Source of the DNA: Mustelus asterias
Taxonomy: Eukaryota
Length of the DNA stretch: 64,000 nucleotides
Direction: 5' to 3'
Assembly (NCBI RefSeq): GCF_964213995.1
Contig: NW_027590135.1
Span: forward strand, 248,001 to 312,000
Below the pieces are notes generated by a model. It did no database searches, was not told the DNA's origin, and was given only the letters and a program-made list of their open reading frames with translations. Shown here one piece after another: positions 63,263-64,000 of this stretch; positions within the stretch are counted from its first letter, which is position 1; every line of letters begins with the position of its first letter. The position numbers and the translations under genes are program-made.

Positions 63263-64000
63263 TTAGTTACACAGGCCACCATTACATTGAATAAAACAGC
63301 ACAAGGAATTAAATTTAAACCCATCAGCATTCCGAAAGAGATTTCCTCGCCCTTTCGTGCAATACTTCCTCTTATCTAAAATACAGCCTCAAAATGTATT
63401 CCTATCCTTATTTGTCCAATGACATTTTGAATTTACTTTTCATTCTAATTGGCTTCTATTACAGGCATCATATTCAAGATCACAGCAATTTGCTGCCCAA
63501 TGTAACGACAAATGTGTTCCCTGACGGTTTTCTTTGTTCTTTTATATCATTCACAATGAACCCGTGCCAGTGGTTCACAGAAACATTTTCTTTCAATTTA
63601 CTCCATTGAAACTGATCACGACTTTACTCACCTCTCTGAAAACTCCTCTCAACCTTCGTACTGACTTCAAACGGTATGAATGCAGGAAGTATGAATTTAG
63701 TTTCGAAGTTCTGTAATTACATAACAAGTGAGCTGCTGCAGAGACAAACAGTTAATAGCAAATATTTCAGATCAACATCTGCCCATCAGAACTGTCTGAA
63801 GTTAGAAATGTAATACATTACAGGCAAATGGAGAGGAGAGGGGCTCATGTGAAAAAGAATGAAATGGAATATCTGTGACATGCACAGATGCATTAAATAA
63901 TAAGAATTAGTTACACAGTGAAAGGGATAATCACCAGATACATAAAGTAAGAAAAATCTGAATGGAGGAGAGGTGCTCTGAACACCAGGAAAGACCCAGG

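Overview
This window is eukaryotic, repeat-rich vertebrate DNA, most likely from a shark or other cartilaginous fish. That call is inferred from the CR1 LINE, HE1-like V-SINE, Rex1/Babar and Penelope repertoire and from the histone sequences. Its functional core is a single replication-dependent histone quintet at about 37.4-43.9 kb: H1(+), H4(+), H3.2(+), H2A(-), H2B(-). Each gene has a 3' stem-loop and a purine-rich downstream element. H2B carries an in-frame TAG at codon 31 despite intact promoter and 3' signals. tRNA genes and derivatives lie beside and within the cluster: Ser-TGA (intact), Gly-TCC (1-nt D-arm insertion), a Leu-type tDNA lacking its anticodon, two damaged iMet copies and a Pro 3' half. 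All keep their B box. The remainder is nested retroelements, including Penelope pLTR fragments with hammerhead-ribozyme cores, a solo LTR, a 2.4-kb minisatellite, fold-back inverted repeats, two orphan CpG-rich promoters and an unidentified decayed coding-like segment. There is no CRISPR array or prokaryotic system. Family assignments and comparisons to canonical sequences were made by eye from remembered consensus sequences; no database search was run.
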